A stretch of 63,867 bases of DNA, the filler included, from Choristocarpus tenellus KU-1152 (taxonomy: Eukaryota; Protista; Phaeophyceae): the NCBI GenBank assembly GCA_964200185.2. It is 10 parts of 10 records of this genome, joined end to end, with 100 filler letters (N's around TTAATTAATTAA, not from the genome) between each part and the next. Parts side by side here need not be neighbours in the genome. Positions count along the whole stretch, not along the records: positions 1 to 25,773 come from CAXNAD020000177.1; positions 25,874 to 29,260 come from CAXNAD020020383.1; positions 29,361 to 32,889 come from CAXNAD020019438.1; positions 32,990 to 35,854 come from CAXNAD020024108.1; 6 more parts are not named here. The stretch is one strand, 5' to 3'. The notes under the pieces are model-generated. The model searched no databases. It saw only the letters and a program-made list of their open reading frames with translations, and had not been told where the DNA came from. This document shows positions 23,952 through 35,190 of this stretch, piece by piece. The first letter of the stretch is position 1; every line of letters begins with the position of its first letter. Both the position numbers and the translations under genes were made by a program.

Positions 23952-25773
23952 GACACACTTCGTCAAACAAAACAAATTTGGTCCGCAATTTTTTATTATT
24001 ATTATTGCAGTAGTAGTTGTGTTTGAAGGTTTCATTATCAAAACATCACTCCTATATCAGGGACGACCTAATGAAGTTGGAAACACTATAGTAGTAGGTG
24101 GGGTTTGGATTTGATACTTTGTCATCAATTCTCATTTACAGTAGGACCCCTTCAATGTGGTGATGGGCCTCAAATCCAAACATACATATTTTTTAGTGAT
24201 ATCTCAACAATAGTATTTAGATGTGTCGTAAGTATATCAAAAAGTGGGAAAAATCAAAGAAAGGATGTGAGAGGTAGGAGGTTGCATTATATAGATCTCG
24301 CCAAATATTATGTACAAAATTCAATTTTTTAACAAATATGTGTAGGATATTTCCGAATTATGTCGAAATCTTTCAAATAATATACAAATAAACAACTCAA
24401 ATTTAGCACTTCATTCGTAGAAATATGGGTGAATTCCGAAAGATTGAAAAACTGGTTAAAATGCAAAACGGTCAAAAACTGCGTACCTCCCCCTTTTTAC
24501 CTTGCCTCAAAAAAATCTCGATACCACTATATACTTCCTCCGTTCGGAATTAAATGTAACATAACTTTCGCAAGGTCTGTTCTCGACCACGAAAGACCCA
24601 CGTGATAAACCCTGAAGACGAGGCTTAATGCTCGTATATATTGAGAGGCGTGCGAAGTTCGAGATGGTGGGCTGTTAAGACTCTGGAGGATCACCAGTGC
24701 AAAGTCAACCAAGTCGCATTGACGGGGTTCAAAAACCTTGTGAACTGTCAAAGCGAGTGTTTACTAGGTTGCCTAGGATGAAGGGCCCTGTCGTTTGAGT
24801 GACTCGTTCGACCCGCTGTCACCCATCGGTCCCAATTCTTTGGTCTAGAAGTCTGTCCAGGTTCTGGACTCAAACACTCTGACGAAGAACAGTATGGTGA
24901 CTAGAGGGTGCGAGACTTGGATGCCTCACGGGACGGTGGCAGCCATCATCAGCGAGGACTTCTGAATTTCCCGAATCACTGTATTCCATAATCTGAAGGA
25001 GTGTGACAGCCAGATCGCACGGGGTGAATACAGGGACCTTGTACGACATCGCAAGGGGAGATGTGGCTGCCGTACAAGTATCCTCGACTATAACTCTGTC
25101 ATCATTGGGGTTCGAACCAGAAAAATTCATGGAGTTAATTAACCTCCTTGACCTTCAACTGATTGATCGCAATGTTATGGATAGATCTAATCTGCGCTAT
25201 GTGTAGAAAGCAGGTTTGTCTGTTGTTATACTGTTATTGCCATATGCCATATACCATTATGCCAATTGAGGTTTCCTTGTCAAGAATCCCCAATTCCAGT
25301 GGAGGGTCTTACGAATCTTTGGTATCCCCTCAGAAGACCTTGTAGAAATTATTGGCCAAGCCTGGGTGGGTAACCTGGGGGGGGGAACAACATCCCCTGC
25401 ACCTGCCCTGGAGGTCCACATCCTGGCAGATCATGACGCCAGGATCACAAGGAGGGCTCAACATGAGATCACACGCCTCCTGAACAGGATCCGTTTCGAC
25501 TCCTGTCGGATATAATTAGTCAGCCTACCAAGTGAAGTACAACAGAGTAAGGAAAGTTCCTAGTTAGCCCTAACACACCACCAGAGCCAGTGTGGATAAG
25601 GGGCAAATGCATGGGCCTCAACGCAACCCCTGGAGCTGGCATGCCAGATCCCCCCTATAGAATTCAAGCTCACAGCCAGCAGATCTCTAGGGAGGGAGGA
25701 GTCCCTGTCAAACAGGTGCCCAGTGGCGGGGTGCAGGAGGCAAAATGTTGATACCAGACATGAGATCGGAAGC

Positions 25774-25873
25774 NNNNNNNNNNNNNNNNNNNNNNNNNNN
25801 NNNNNNNNNNNNNNNNNTTAATTAATTAANNNNNNNNNNNNNNNNNNNNNNNNNNNNNNNNNNNNNNNNNNNN
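25774..25873. other. Artificial contig spacer (44N-TTAATTAATTAA-44N); identical spacers at 29261, 32890, 35855, 38567, 44499, 48768, 55683 and 61221
   Basis: Each spacer is exactly 100 nt, and the central 12-mer places stop codons in all six frames. Confidence 0.97.
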
Positions 25874-25895
25874 GTGCATCTGTCAGTAGTGCCTA

Positions 25896-26080
25896 GACTC
25901 AATCTGGGGGGGGGGGGGGGGGTGGTTTGTGAGGGGGCGTCCGTTTCGATCAAATGACTCTTTTTTTCTAACCCTGACATTTCAAATCCGACACGTGCGA
26001 CCAAATTACACCAAAAAGGTGAAAATCGAAAAAAGGGTGAAAAACGGACGCCGACACCCCCCCCCCAGATACTTTGACCC
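25896..26080. mobile_element. MITE family C copy
   Basis: G-run + ggtttgtgagggggcgtccgtttcg ... aaaacggacgccgacacccc cagatactttgaccc; TSD cta; same family as 50169-50342. Confidence 0.85.
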
Positions 26081-28109
26081 CTACTGAATCTGCATGTGTG
26101 TCAAACAGGAACGGTATACTGTAGTCCTAGGAACTCATAATATGAGCTTTGATCCTAACCACGAATTCTACTTCTCATGAAAATGATCATCCTGTTTGAC
26201 ACTCTCATCTCTAGCCCCTATCACTGTAATTCTTCGTTCTCACTTCTTGCGTCCAAGACCATTCCAAACAGCTCATGCTGTAGGGATGCATTGACTACCT
26301 ATGGGTACGCAAACCCTTCAATGGTGAGATCATACACAGAAAGGTAGAAGGGAGTTCCTAGACGGGATACTGATAAAATACCAGAACTGTATGTAGAGTC
26401 AACCAGTGTTTTTCTTCAGGTGAGACTTTTTCTATCGAAAAATATTTCTGCATTTCTCACTCTGCACTTTAGGGGGCAGGAATGACGGCGTCTACAAAAT
26501 CAATGGATGTGCTCTCAACCGATGTTATACCACAACGAACATACCTACAGCCCACAATTGTTTTTCTTCTCCAGCATAGATGGTCTCGTTTCCTGTATCC
26601 TGCATCCCCTCACTTCTGCCATTAGGGTATATACTGCTTAGTGCTTGACACTGTTCTTCAATATGGCAGTCTTACCCGCCATCACTACTCATTTCAGTCC
26701 ATGTAAGGAATGTACAGGTGACCTGGTAATTACTTCCCTCTGACCGCCGATGCTGCCTCTCCTGCTGCTTTCTCTTCCTTAGCCAGAGGAGTACGGAATG
26801 GTTGGAACAGGGTGGTTTTGTGGGAAGGAAGTCGACTATTACGGGTTGGCCATGACTTTCTATGAGCTGTACATGGGGGAACTTGCTCCAGCTAGAAGAC
26901 GACGGTGCCTGTTTCATGAATGTTTCCCCGCATGTGAAGACGGAATGCTTTGATGGGGAGTGCTTCACTATGCTGCTGCATTCCCTTTGAGGACCAGGGA
27001 GAACTTTTGAGTGTTACACGTAGGACTTTTTCAGGAGGTCAAGTGAGGTAAAATACTCCAACTTAATCTTGAAAAATGTGACTGAGCTCTCTTGATAGTA
27101 GTAACACACCTCGGAGAACAGTCATGGGCCAGCAATTCTTGCCGAGTCCATCCATTGTATATGGCCAAACTTTGATCTTCACGTTTGCAACGATCACACT
27201 TCTTCTGACCCGAACAACAGTCCGAGGCTCCATCAGGCTCCATCGTACCAACTCAACGTGCCACCATGAACCTCATGCCTTTTTCTGAGATTCCTGAGTA
27301 CCCTTTAAAGATTTATGCTTCCGTTTACCCTGTCTACTTCCATTCTCGAAATATCAAGAACAGCCTGAAATCCCTGACCTGCTATTTGATTTCATATGCA
27401 TGCAGGGCGCATTTCGCAACCCATCTCTTCCGAAATATGTAGGAATGGAAATGTTCCTTGAAAGCAATATATCTTCGCAACAGGTCCTATGGAGTGGCGT
27501 GAGATAAGAAATAGCTGTTGCTAGTCATCGGCCATTATAAAGGTAGCAATTTGTTATCCTTGCGCTCTTGGAACTATTGTGACTAGTGCTGAAAGACTAC
27601 TGCAAAAGAGAAGTGGGAATAAATAGTGTTTTAGGCATCGCACACACATGAGCCGCCAATACATAAATGGAGGATGTCTCAAAGCTCCAACAAAATGATA
27701 GTGAAACTCGGCCTCGTGATCCTATCGAACTCAATTTTGGATACCATCCGGGATGCAACCTTTTGCATGTTTGAGACATGTGAAGTCCAATATTTTGGTG
27801 CGGTGTGTTTCACTCCCTCAAGATTAGTCTGCCCATAGAACCAGATGTAACTCAAATTTCGTTCCCTCTTCCAATTTATCAATGTCACAACTGTCTCTGT
27901 CGTGTCTACTCTCCACTAGGCGTGAGCTCTGCACTAGCCTAGCAGAGTGTAGAGGAATGGAAGGAATCAGAGGAATAGGAGGGAGAGGAAGAAAGGGAGG
28001 TGGTTGACAATGAAGCAAGGGATGGAGAGGAAGATGAAGAGGAGAACTTTAGACGTAGAACGGGCAATGAGGAGGGGGAGGAGGAGAGGGAGCGTGAGAT
28101 TGCGCAGGA

Positions 28110-29150
28110 GGAGGAAGATGGGGGAATGTGGGGGGAGTGAGAGAAGGAGGAGGAACAGGAAGTGGAGGACGGTGGAGAGGAAGTGACAGCAACAGGGGTG
28201 CAAGAGGAGGACAACTGTTTTGGAAGCGGTATGAGGATGGTGACATTTGGGAAGAGGGAGATTCCTATGAGAATGCTGATGAGAAGAGGGGCATAGAAGG
28301 GAAAGAGGGATTTGGAAGCGGTAAGGAAGGTAACGAACATGAGGGTAGGGAGGAAGAGGTCAGTGTAGTCTACCATGACAAGAGAGGAGAAAGGGGGGAA
28401 GGTGAAAAAAATATCAGTTGCGTTTGAGGAGGAGGGAGAGGAAAAGGGGGCAACGGAAGGGGGGGAGACATCGGGCATGGAGTTGGATGATGGATACCAA
28501 GCTCCAAGGGTGGAGATCCAGCAGGTGTCTACTTTCATAATTTTTGGTCATTGTGACTGTTACTGTTTTCAGGGAGTGTAGATGTTGTATGCAAGATACT
28601 ACGGCCAACGACTAAGGGATACATTATGCATTCATCAGCATACCCGCTGCAGTATCTTTTACACAACATCTCATACTCTCCAGAAAACTGCAACGGGCTC
28701 AACGGAAAAAATTGTGAAAGTTGCCTCCTGCTGAATCTCCACCCTTGAAGCTTGGTGTCCAGTTCCCAACTTCGTGTCTGAAGTCTCCTCCCTCCCGTCG
28801 CTCACTTTCCCACCCAATCCTCCTCAAATGCAATTGACATTTTCCCACCTTAACCTCTTTCCCCTATCTTTTCATGGTAGACTGCACTGACCCCTTCCTT
28901 CCAACCCTCGGGTTCGCTACCTTTCTCACCGCTTCCAAATCCTCTTACTCTTCTCTGCCCCTCTTGTCACTAGTGTTTTGATATGGCTCCCCCTCCTCCC
29001 AAATGTTACACCCTCCATATCCATTCCAAAATTGTTGTCCTCCTATTCCTCTCCTGTTCCCTTCACTTCCCCCCCTCTTTCTTGTCCGTCCACTTCCTGT
29101 CCTTCCTCGTTCTGTCACTCCTCCCCCTCTCCCTCTTCTCTCCCCTCCTC
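28110..29150. repeat. Diverged inverted duplication (arms ~28110-28600 and ~28651-29150, ~50-nt spacer)
   Basis: For example ggatttggaagcggtaaggaaggtaacgaac..ggtcagtgtagtctaccatga..ccaagctccaagggtggagatccagcagg matches the reverse complement of 28730-28945. Confidence 0.88.
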
Positions 29151-29152
29151 CT

Positions 29153-29260
29153 GACCCAAAGTATCTGGGGAGGGGGGGGGGTCTATACCAGGGTGTCCAT
29201 TTGGGTCAAAATCAGGAACCGTGCACCTACACTATGACCCAAAGTATCTGGGAGGGGGGG
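29153..29260. mobile_element. MITE family A copy interrupted at 29236 by a second family A terminus, running into the gap
   Basis: gacccaaagtatctggg starts at both 29153 and 29236. Confidence 0.8.
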
Positions 29261-29443
29261 NNNNNNNNNNNNNNNNNNNNNNNNNNNNNNNNNNNNNNNN
29301 NNNNTTAATTAATTAANNNNNNNNNNNNNNNNNNNNNNNNNNNNNNNNNNNNNNNNNNNNAAGTTCACCCCCCCCCCCCCCCCCCCCCACCAGGAAGGGA
29401 GTTTGATTGGGACATACAGCGTACAATGTATAAATATTAGCCC

Positions 29444-29486
<43 letters not shown>

Positions 29487-30454
29487 ACAGGACAAAGATC
29501 AAGCACAGATGGGGGAGGCAACAAGAGACGTGTGAGTTCCTTGCTGTAGAGTACTTCAACAACGGCGTGACTCAATTAACATAGGATGAACGAAGGGTAT
29601 CAATCACAGCAGAAAAACTATTACCTTTCTACAACAACCTTTCTACATCACAGTCATCGAACTATTATTACCCATAAAGCAAAGCAAGGTGATACAAGCC
29701 CCCCTTCCGTGTCACCAACGAAAGAGATCTCGCTTGCAACTATGCAGGGATCAGGTAATGCAGAAACACCCGATCCCTACATATTTTACTGATGAACACA
29801 ACTCTGCGTGAGAAGTCAGTCAGATTTACTTCTTCCTACATATTCTCGTGACATAAACAAACACGTTTTGAAATTGCAACAGTTAAAAAATAAATAAATA
29901 AATATATATATATATTATATTATATATATTTAATATATTATGACCGCCATGGGTGTCTACTTCTTTCCCGAATGATGGAAAGTGAAGGTAAAAACGAGAA
30001 TGGGCAGATAACAGCTCAGACGGCCAAGAAAGAGGGGGGGGCACAAAAAGGGTATAACTAGTAGGGTATACTTAGCACCTCAAACGTAAGAATAAATAAA
30101 TTGGTATGCGTGCGTATCTGAGGTAAGAGAGTACTTCAAATTATTTTTTATTTTAGTTCTGCCACAAGACACACCTCAGGAACAGAACGGTACAAGGGCA
30201 AACAAGCATCGAAAGCTTCCCCTGTACTAGCAAATCTCCACCTTAGAAATGCCAAGCCATAAATAGACTATAATCCATAGTGCTGCATTGCATACTCCAG
30301 AAATTAGAATCATGCTTAAAATATATATATATATATATATATATATTGTTCATACTCAGGATGTGATGTTGGAATATAACAACAGCCTGGCCATTATCAA
30401 CTGCAATACAAGACAGAGGAAAACCTGAACAAGAGCTAAAAAGCAGGCTTTCAC

Positions 30455-32836
30455 CTGTAGGCAAGCCAAAATAGCATGTTGACTCATGGTATCATGGTCA
30501 CACACTACGGGGTTAGACCGGCTCTTTCCCCCTTTGGCACTCGTGAAGACATGGACATCCTGAACAGGGGTCAGGCAGGGGCAACAGTAGCAAATGATTA
30601 TTCAGTAAGAAAAAAAGTATCCGATAATAATAATAATAATAATATTAAACAAATAAAACAAAATGAGGTTCTCAAGTCTCCGTACATAAACAAACCTACA
30701 CGCCTTCACAGGTGCGAACGCCGGGAAGCAGTCAGACGTTTTATCCAGGTTTCTTCATTCTTAAGCCCGAAGTGTCCACAAACATCTCAAAAGCACAAAG
30801 TAAAAACTGGTCGGAATAGAGCCCTACACAAAGTAGGCACGCATATTCTCAGTCTTCCCATAGGTATGTAGGTATGTAACAAATTAGAACCCATCTCTTA
30901 GGTTCTGTGTGTTGTGGGTATGTGCACTAAAGTTGTACATAACAAATACCACCTACGAATGGGTCACAACTCTCATAATAATACCAAATAATAATAATCT
31001 AAAAAACAAAGGAAGGAAAGGTATGTCTTGAAAAGTTAGTAATCCATTTTGATAAGACATATTTCCAAAAAGTACTTACTAACCACACTCAATCTCAAGA
31101 ACAGACGAATTCGGAAGTACAATGCAACAAACACACTTACTGCAACAACAAGAAATCAACCAGTACACTTCCATTCACCTCTAGACCTCCTTTACCAAAC
31201 AACAATCAATCAAGACCAAGGAAACACCATTCCCCAACCACTCTTCCCCACTCCTCTTGCATCAACTCCTGGTTCTAGTCTGAGCAAGTGACATCCTGCT
31301 CACCTCACTGTCCTTGGCAAACACAACAGGTGTAGACAGGCCAATGCGAATGCCTATACCCTCCTGGGTCATTCCCATCCCGCTGATGGCTGATACAGGT
31401 GCATCCCACAAGACTCGAACTCCCCCCAGAGACAGAGACCACGGTACGAATTGAACTCCAAATCTGTCACATTACATCATATTGTATCACATTACATCAT
31501 ATTATATCACAATACATCATATTGTACCACATAACATCATATTGTATCACATAACATCATATTGTATCACATTATATCATATTATACCACATAACATCAC
31601 ATTATATCATATTATATCACATAACATCACATTGTATTGTATTACAGTCAAAACAGAGGAGGGGTCCCTTCGTCACAGATAATTAGATTGATATGTAGGC
31701 ACTCCTGCAGTTTGAGGCATACGGGTTCTGAACAAGCCTCTTTTTTTACAACACCCATTCAATTGTCTACACTGCAGCTGTACTACTACTAGAGCACCAC
31801 AATGTTGATAAAAAAAGGAAACATTTAATCCAGACAAAAAAAAAAATCCCTGCAAGCACACAGTCATACATATTTTCTTCTCACAGGTACGCTGAACTCT
31901 TGAAAGGCTAACAGTGACAATAACACTACAGGGTTAGGGTTAGGGGGTACTTGAAAAAACCCCCCAATGAAATCCTGCAGTGTCAGTTAGTGATTTATCA
32001 AGGTGTCCTTAGGGTTAGGGGTCGGGAATGGTATTAAGGGTTAGGGTTGGTAGCTTCTGCATCTCATGGATAAAGTATAGTAAGCAAAATATAGTACGGT
32101 GCTTGAAAAACAAAAAAAATGTCAGAGTTAGATATAAAGAACAAAAAAAAGAAACACACAATACGCAATAAGTTAGATATAAAGAACAAAAATAATAAGC
32201 CCGGCAGGCACGCTGTTTGAGTGTCAAAAACAGTCAAAAACACAACAATGCCAAACTCACCAGGAATCAAAATCTCCACATCTCGACAATAGTACAGTAT
32301 TGCGTAAGATCTCCCTCTACATACCTTCACCACACTGTGCTTGTCACTAAACTACCTGATGCTATCAATACCAGAAATCGCCTGCAGCAACAATACAACA
32401 ATACAAGGATGCCATGGCACACCAAACCATACAGTAACATACAGTAACATACCATTGACGGCATTTGATAATCGGGGCATACATAACCCATCGACTTCCA
32501 CAAATCACCACACTCACACCAATGTGAGTGCCAATACACAATGTTTCTGTAAAACCAAGAACGCCTTCCTTTTCTGTCAAACGAGGAGGACAAGAGCTCT
32601 CATTCAATATATTATTTTCATTAACAGGTTTTTTGGTTAACAGCCCATTCCAAAACAGATTCAATATATTATTTTTATTGACACGCGTTCCCCCCTAACC
32701 CTGGCAAACGAAACTCTCACCTCGTCAGATCAAACGCCTTCACACGGTCCTTGTCCAAACCCCAGGTGGACTCCTCTTGAGCGTAAAGGAGGCGTTTATC
32801 TGTGAGAATCACCCAGCGTACCACCGAGATATCTTC
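30455..32836 (-). CDS. Partial multi-exon gene (exons 32836-32721, 31463-31304, 30559-30455); PH-like fold, possibly a VPS13-family C-terminus
   Basis: All three exons are bounded by CAG and GT and join in frame (phases 2 and 0): EDISVVRWVILTDKRLLYAQEE...RFGVQFVPWSLSLGGVRVLWDAPVSAISGM...KDSE DVHVFTS...HAILACLQ. The family call is inferred from the ILTDKRLL and VLWD.P pattern. Confidence 0.65.
31467..31637. repeat. Minisatellite, 10/20-bp unit (tcacattacatcatattgta)
   Basis: About 8-9 directly visible 20-bp units. Confidence 0.92.
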
Positions 32837-32852
32837 CTGCATACTTATCTTC

Positions 32853-32889
<37 letters not shown>

Positions 32890-33039
32890 NNNNNNNNNNN
32901 NNNNNNNNNNNNNNNNNNNNNNNNNNNNNNNNNTTAATTAATTAANNNNNNNNNNNNNNNNNNNNNNNNNNNNNNNNNNNNNNNNNNNNGGTTTTTTTTT
33001 GTTTTTTGTTTTTTTTTTTTTTGGTGTTTGTTTGGGTGG

Positions 33040-33226
33040 GGGGGGGGGGGGGGGGGGGGGGGGGGAGGGGGGTCTACGTCAGGGTGTCCATCTGGACCAA
33101 AACCAGGAAAAGTGCACTTTCATTATGCATCCAACATATGGCATCAAATCACACAAAAATCCTGATATGAAAAAATTGACCCCAAATGGACAGCTGCCAC
33201 CCCCCCTCCCCCAGATACTTTCGCCC
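33040..33226. mobile_element. MITE family A copy, left end in low-quality sequence
   Basis: Family A internal sequence; ends ccagatactttcgccc. Confidence 0.85.
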
Positions 33227-33594
33227 TTATTCCTGTTATTATTATTGTTCTTATTAATATAATTTGTTGTATGTTATGTATGAGTTGGAGTTACACTATT
33301 CTCTGGTGTGAATTTGAGATTGAATTGATTGAATCTCACCTGAAGGGGTCGATGCACTGTTTGCTGGGGAGTGTGATTCAGGGGCACTGCTTTATTCCAG
33401 AATTATATTTTTGTTTTGCAAGGAATGGATAAACAACCCTCCATCACACTTTCCTGTACCCTTACATGACACATGTTGCATGTCAAACATCACCCTGTTC
33501 CTAGGGATTTATTTTTTCTGGGGGGGGGGCGGGTTGTATTGATGTATATTGATGTAGTGTATGCTTTCAAAGTATGATGTCATACCACCTCAGA

Positions 33595-33625
<31 letters not shown>

Positions 33626-33681
33626 TGTAGAGAAAGACCTTCATGTGTGCAGTGACCCCTAATGCCATTTGGGTGCTCTAG

Positions 33682-33762
33682 GTTGCCAAGGAGATGGGTG
33701 CTCTCACAGTGGGTGTGGTTACCAAGCCCTTTGCTTTTGAAGGAATCCGACGTGGAGCACAG
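33682..33762 (+). CDS. ftsZ: FtsZ (plastid/cyanobacterial type), internal exon
   Basis: TAG|[27 protein letters not shown]|GTGGGA. Confidence 0.93.
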
Positions 33763-34305
33763 GTGGGATGGATGGGTGGGTGAGGAGGTGGATGGATGAG
33801 TCTGTGGGGAGGTGGGTGGGTGGATGGATGGATGGATGGATAAAAAACAGGGAAGGCGTGTCTGTCTTGTCTATTATTTTTTACTTGTTTGCTGTTCGGA
33901 GGGGCCCTGTAATATATATATATATTTTCTTAGATGGAATTTTTTATTTCTATTGTACTTCGTATACTTTATCTTCTCAATTCTGTTGAATATTTATAGT
34001 ATATATTGATAATCAGAGATTATTATTTTTTTGTTATATATTTATGTAGCATAGGAAATAGTGAATAGGAGAGATATTGCAATAGGAATGTACTGACTGT
34101 ACTGCTCATGCTGACTTGCCAAGTACTATGAAAATCTTTAAAGCTATCATTAGCTTGAAATGCACACAATATTAATAGTGCAGTAGCCAAAACTTTAATC
34201 TCAAAATGTGCACTAAAATGTGATGACCTATCTCAATGTGATAATCCATACCAATGTATCATCTATCTCAATGTTTATCTTCCTCTTTTCTTTTTTGTTC
34301 TTAAG

Positions 34306-34488
34306 GACCCAAACTATCTTGAGGGGGGGGGGTGTCTACACCAGGGTGTCCATTTGGTCCCATAACCAGGAAAAGTGTATTTACATTGTCCATCCGACGT
34401 ATACAACCAAATTCACTCAAAAATCACGGCATGAAAAAATTGACCCCAAATGGACAGCCCCCACCCCCCTTCCCAGATTCTTTGAGCC
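34306..34488. mobile_element. MITE family A copy in the ftsZ intron
   Basis: gacccaaactatct...cagattctttgagcc; 4-bp TSD taag. Confidence 0.9.
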
Positions 34489-34574
34489 TAAGATCTGATT
34501 CTGACATTTATAATATTTCCTGTGGGACCTTGATACTGGAAACAGAGCTTCTAAAATATTTTTTATATTCAGTA

Positions 34575-34962
34575 ATAAAATGAAATCATAGTCATCATTT
34601 TTTTTTTATTGTATGTATAATGTATTTTTTTATTGTAGAGGTGAGAGCCTGTTCCATGCTACATACTATCATTTATTGTGAGGACTGTAATGATAGCAAC
34701 AGAGATTAGTGATAGATGAAATCTTGTTCATAATATTTTTATGATATACATTTATGTATCTATTTATTGTAGAGGTGAGAGCCTGTTTCATTTTACATAG
34801 TATTATTTATCACCAGGACTGTAATAATAGTATCAGAGTTTTAGTAATGAAATGAAATCATACTCATAATATTTTTACTATATAGATGTATTTCTTGTAG
34901 AGGTGAGAGCCTGTTTCATACTATATTTTATTATTTATCACAAGGACTGTAATAATAGTAAG
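34575..34962. repeat. Diverged tandem repeat, ~130-bp unit, ~3 copies, in the ftsZ intron
   Basis: tgtagaggtgagagcctgtt...aggactgtaat recurs at ~34634, ~34768 and ~34896. Confidence 0.85.
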
Positions 34963-35052
34963 AGCAATATCATTGTCTCTTCTGTTAAAGATCACTATTA
35001 TTGTGACTGTCATTCAGTTATTTATTTTTGTGTGTGTTTGGCGATCGCACAG

Positions 35053-35190
35053 GCTACTGTGGCGATCGCAGAGCTACGGAACGCTGTGGATACACTGATC
35101 ATTGTTGCAAACGACAAACTGTTGGAGATCATTCCCCCCAATACTGAGCTGGAGAGGGCTTTCAGTGTGGCAGATGATATACTTCGACAG
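35053..35190 (+). CDS. ftsZ: FtsZ, next internal exon (T7-loop region)
   Basis: CAG|ATVAIAELRNAVDTLIIVANDKLLEIIPPNTELERAFSVADDILRQ|GTAAAA; in frame with the exon at 33682-33762. Confidence 0.93.

Noticed and set aside
25818-25829. TTAATTAATTAA palindrome as a regulatory site
   Set aside because: Synthetic six-frame stop linker inside N spacers.
27939-28538. 199-aa Ser/Pro/Phe-rich ORF
   Set aside because: Low-complexity reading of the pyrimidine-rich strand of the inverted repeat arm; no supporting motifs.
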